From positions 1 through 36,407 of the forward strand of contig NW_024705529.1 in the NCBI RefSeq assembly GCF_018977255.1: 36,407 nucleotides of DNA. Reading direction: 5' to 3'. This document shows positions 34,178 through 36,407 of the stretch, one piece after another. The DNA comes from Callorhinchus milii (Eukaryota). Positions within the stretch are counted from its first letter, which is position 1. Each line of letters begins with the position of its first letter. The notes beneath the pieces are model-generated. The model had not been told where the DNA came from and ran no database searches. It saw only the letters and a list, made by a program, of their open reading frames with translations. A program made the position numbers and the translations under genes.

Positions 34178-34336
34178 CAGTACAGTCAAGCGATCAAACA
34201 CCCCGGGCTCGAGCTTCGTGATCTGGTTGTAGTTAAAATTCAGAGACTTCGCATTGGTAGGGATTCCCGCAGGCACAGACGCGAGGCTTTTGCTATTGCA
34301 GTGCACATCTGTCCCTGAGCACGAACACTGCGAGGG
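34178..34336 (-). other. VLRB: VLRB donor cassette LRRNT-LRR1-5'LRRV
   Basis: PSQCSCSGTDVHCNSKSLASVPAGIPTNAKSLNFNYNQITKLEPGVFDRLTVL; paralogue of 4830-4988. Confidence 0.93.
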
Positions 34337-35358
34337 ACGGGCGACGGTTTAGAGGCGGCTCACAACGGCCTCCCCTTGCACCGGAGCAGCGTCGCGTGTG
34401 GTCCAACATTAACACGAGTTGCCTCTTCCCGAATATTTCTGTCCAAATGTTTTCCCAAATACGTTTAAGAGTGCATTGCTTAAATATATATACGTTGCTA
34501 ACACTGATCGATTTGGATGCATTTTCATAGAGCTTTGCATTTCGGTCTGTAGTTCAATTATTTGAAAAGCTACTGGATCATTAATTCATGTATTTACCAG
34601 GTCTCTCATGAGCTAAGATATACCCATACCCATTTCAATTGGCTCTCACCTACTTCATATGAAATATATCTATACTGTATCAATATGCGATGAATCTACT
34701 GCAAGTCGTATTCACGACCATGCGATGTATGAATCCACATCTCACCTGCACACGAGCTGCTGTCATTACTCCGTCTCCATGGTGCACGTCCTAATGGGCG
34801 CGTTGCCTCCATTGGCTGCCACTTCGTTGTTGTTGTTGACCATTGTCAATGTGCATTCGCTATCGTGGATAATTCCATCATCTCTTCTCGCACCGTTTCC
34901 TTGCCAAGCCAGCTTACTTTTATAATCCGTTTGATATAATTTGCGAGAGTTTGGTTTCTGGGCCATTTGTTTCTCTCTCTGCCCCTCAATGTAATTCGAA
35001 GCATGCAACGCACAGTACTTCTGAGCTCACTTCTCGGTTGCGTTAGAATCACCGTGTTTCTAAACCATCTGCCAAAATAGGCAGGTAACACTGATCAAAA
35101 TATCTCTTCATTAGTGATGTTAAGTTTCTTTGTGAAGTTCAGCTTTACAAAAACACTCCAACCTGCTCTCCTTCGCTTCTTTATTTGCATTGATTTAGCC
35201 TCCGTGTCAGTGTTGGTGAAATATCGCATGAGGAAACAATTGGCGTTCAAGTTACAGCGTTGGCTGTGATTCGTAAGCTCATACGGAGGGTGCGGTGAGA
35301 ATGCGGGTGGTGCATTGAGTCTAGAGTCGATTCGTTGACTCTATAACGAGCACCAGTC

Positions 35359-35520
35359 TCTGGGAACACTCCTCGGTTGGTTGTTGTTCAGAACCAACCC
35401 ATGCAGATTACACAGGCGGTGAAATACCCCAGCGGGAAGAGCCTGCAGCTGATTCCTATTTAGATCCAGAATTGTGAGCTGGGTCCGAGTCTTAAACACC
35501 CAGCAGGTACTGATAACTTG
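35359..35520 (-). other. VLRB: VLR donor cassette LRRV plus LRRVe (not in the ORF track)
   Basis: KLSVPA/ (1-nt deletion) VFKTRTQLTILDLNRNQLQALPAGVFHRLCNLHGLVLNNNQPRSVPR. Confidence 0.85.
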
Positions 35521-36242
35521 TGCTGATGATAATGACCTGTTAGTTCAAAGTGGCCTCTATTCACGTCTAGAGAACTCCATGCTATTTACTCAAAGCGAAC
35601 TCTCACTGCTCTCACGATGTTTATAAGAGAGAGCGAAATCCATTCACATTAAGTTATCAACCAGCCCCACATCCATTCACTTTCATGCAGACACGGGAGT
35701 TGACAAAACCTCCATTCGCTATCATAGACACGTCTTGTTTAAAACAACGTTGACTTACTTCCCATGAAACCTGGCAGTTGAAGTGTGATTCCGTTTACTT
35801 CCATCGAGACCTGCTCGTTGTAATGAATGTAATTTACTTGCAGATACATCTGTGAGTTTAAGATACCTCAAATCACTTTCATGGAGAGACGTGTCATGTA
35901 AATAACTAAATTTAATGTTATAGATAACCGCGTTATTAATTACCACGTGATACATTCGCTTCATGCCTCGCACAGAGACTTACAGTCACCTCAATTCACT
36001 TTCAAAGAGACGTATTAACTCAAACATACTCCATTTATGTTATCCACAAAAAAACACTGTCATGAAAATATGTTATTTGAAGCGATATGTTAACAATCAT
36101 AAATATCTGTCAGATAAAATCATCTCCATTTGGATTATCAAAACCTTACTATTTAAAGCTACACATTCACGTAAACGATGTCCGAAAAACAATGTCACGT
36201 TATCTTTTGTGTAAATATGAAAGATGTATTTTTTATTATACG

Positions 36243-36407
36243 TGTAGTGCCTGAAATACGCGCCACACGCAGGAGTGGGCGTACGCACGAGCAGAGTACA
36301 GTGGGAGCAAATGAGGTCGAGGTTGTTATTGTCGTTAGGCGTGAGGAGGCGGCCAGAGACGGGTAGGGGGCAATTAAGGACACAAGGCGCTGATTGGCCG
36401 GGAGGTG
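36243..36407 (+). mobile_element. Probable start of another LTR-like insertion
   Basis: Conserved AT-rich cassette flank stops abruptly and GC/purine-rich sequence starting TGTAGT begins; other end lies outside the window. Confidence 0.35.

Noticed and set aside
50..36407. Germline VLRB gene itself (signal peptide, 3'LRRCT, Thr/Pro stalk)
   Set aside because: No signal-peptide exon or stalk-coding sequence found; only donor cassettes are present

Overview
Eukaryotic, repeat-rich DNA that looks like part of a lamprey (jawless vertebrate) variable lymphocyte receptor (VLRB-type) donor-cassette cluster. About 14 short LRR-coding cassettes without their own start codons (LRRNT-LRR1, LRRV, LRRVe, CP-5'LRRCT; intact, damaged or split) lie in both orientations inside duplicated non-coding flanks. 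They are interspersed with mobile elements: a Chapaev3-type DNA transposon inserted in the middle of an LRR cassette (TTA TSD), a 5'-truncated but open RT-RLE (Hero/NeSL-like) non-LTR retrotransposon, the 5' part of a Gypsy-like LTR element, tRNA- and 5S-derived SINEs, a Penelope-like inverted-repeat insertion with hammerhead-ribozyme core motifs, and an unclassified G-rich insertion. The VLR system itself is known biology, not new. After a 30-N gap, about 14.6 kb (11318-~25910) shows no recognisable gene, repeat or compositional texture and resembles shuffled or random sequence; I support no feature there.
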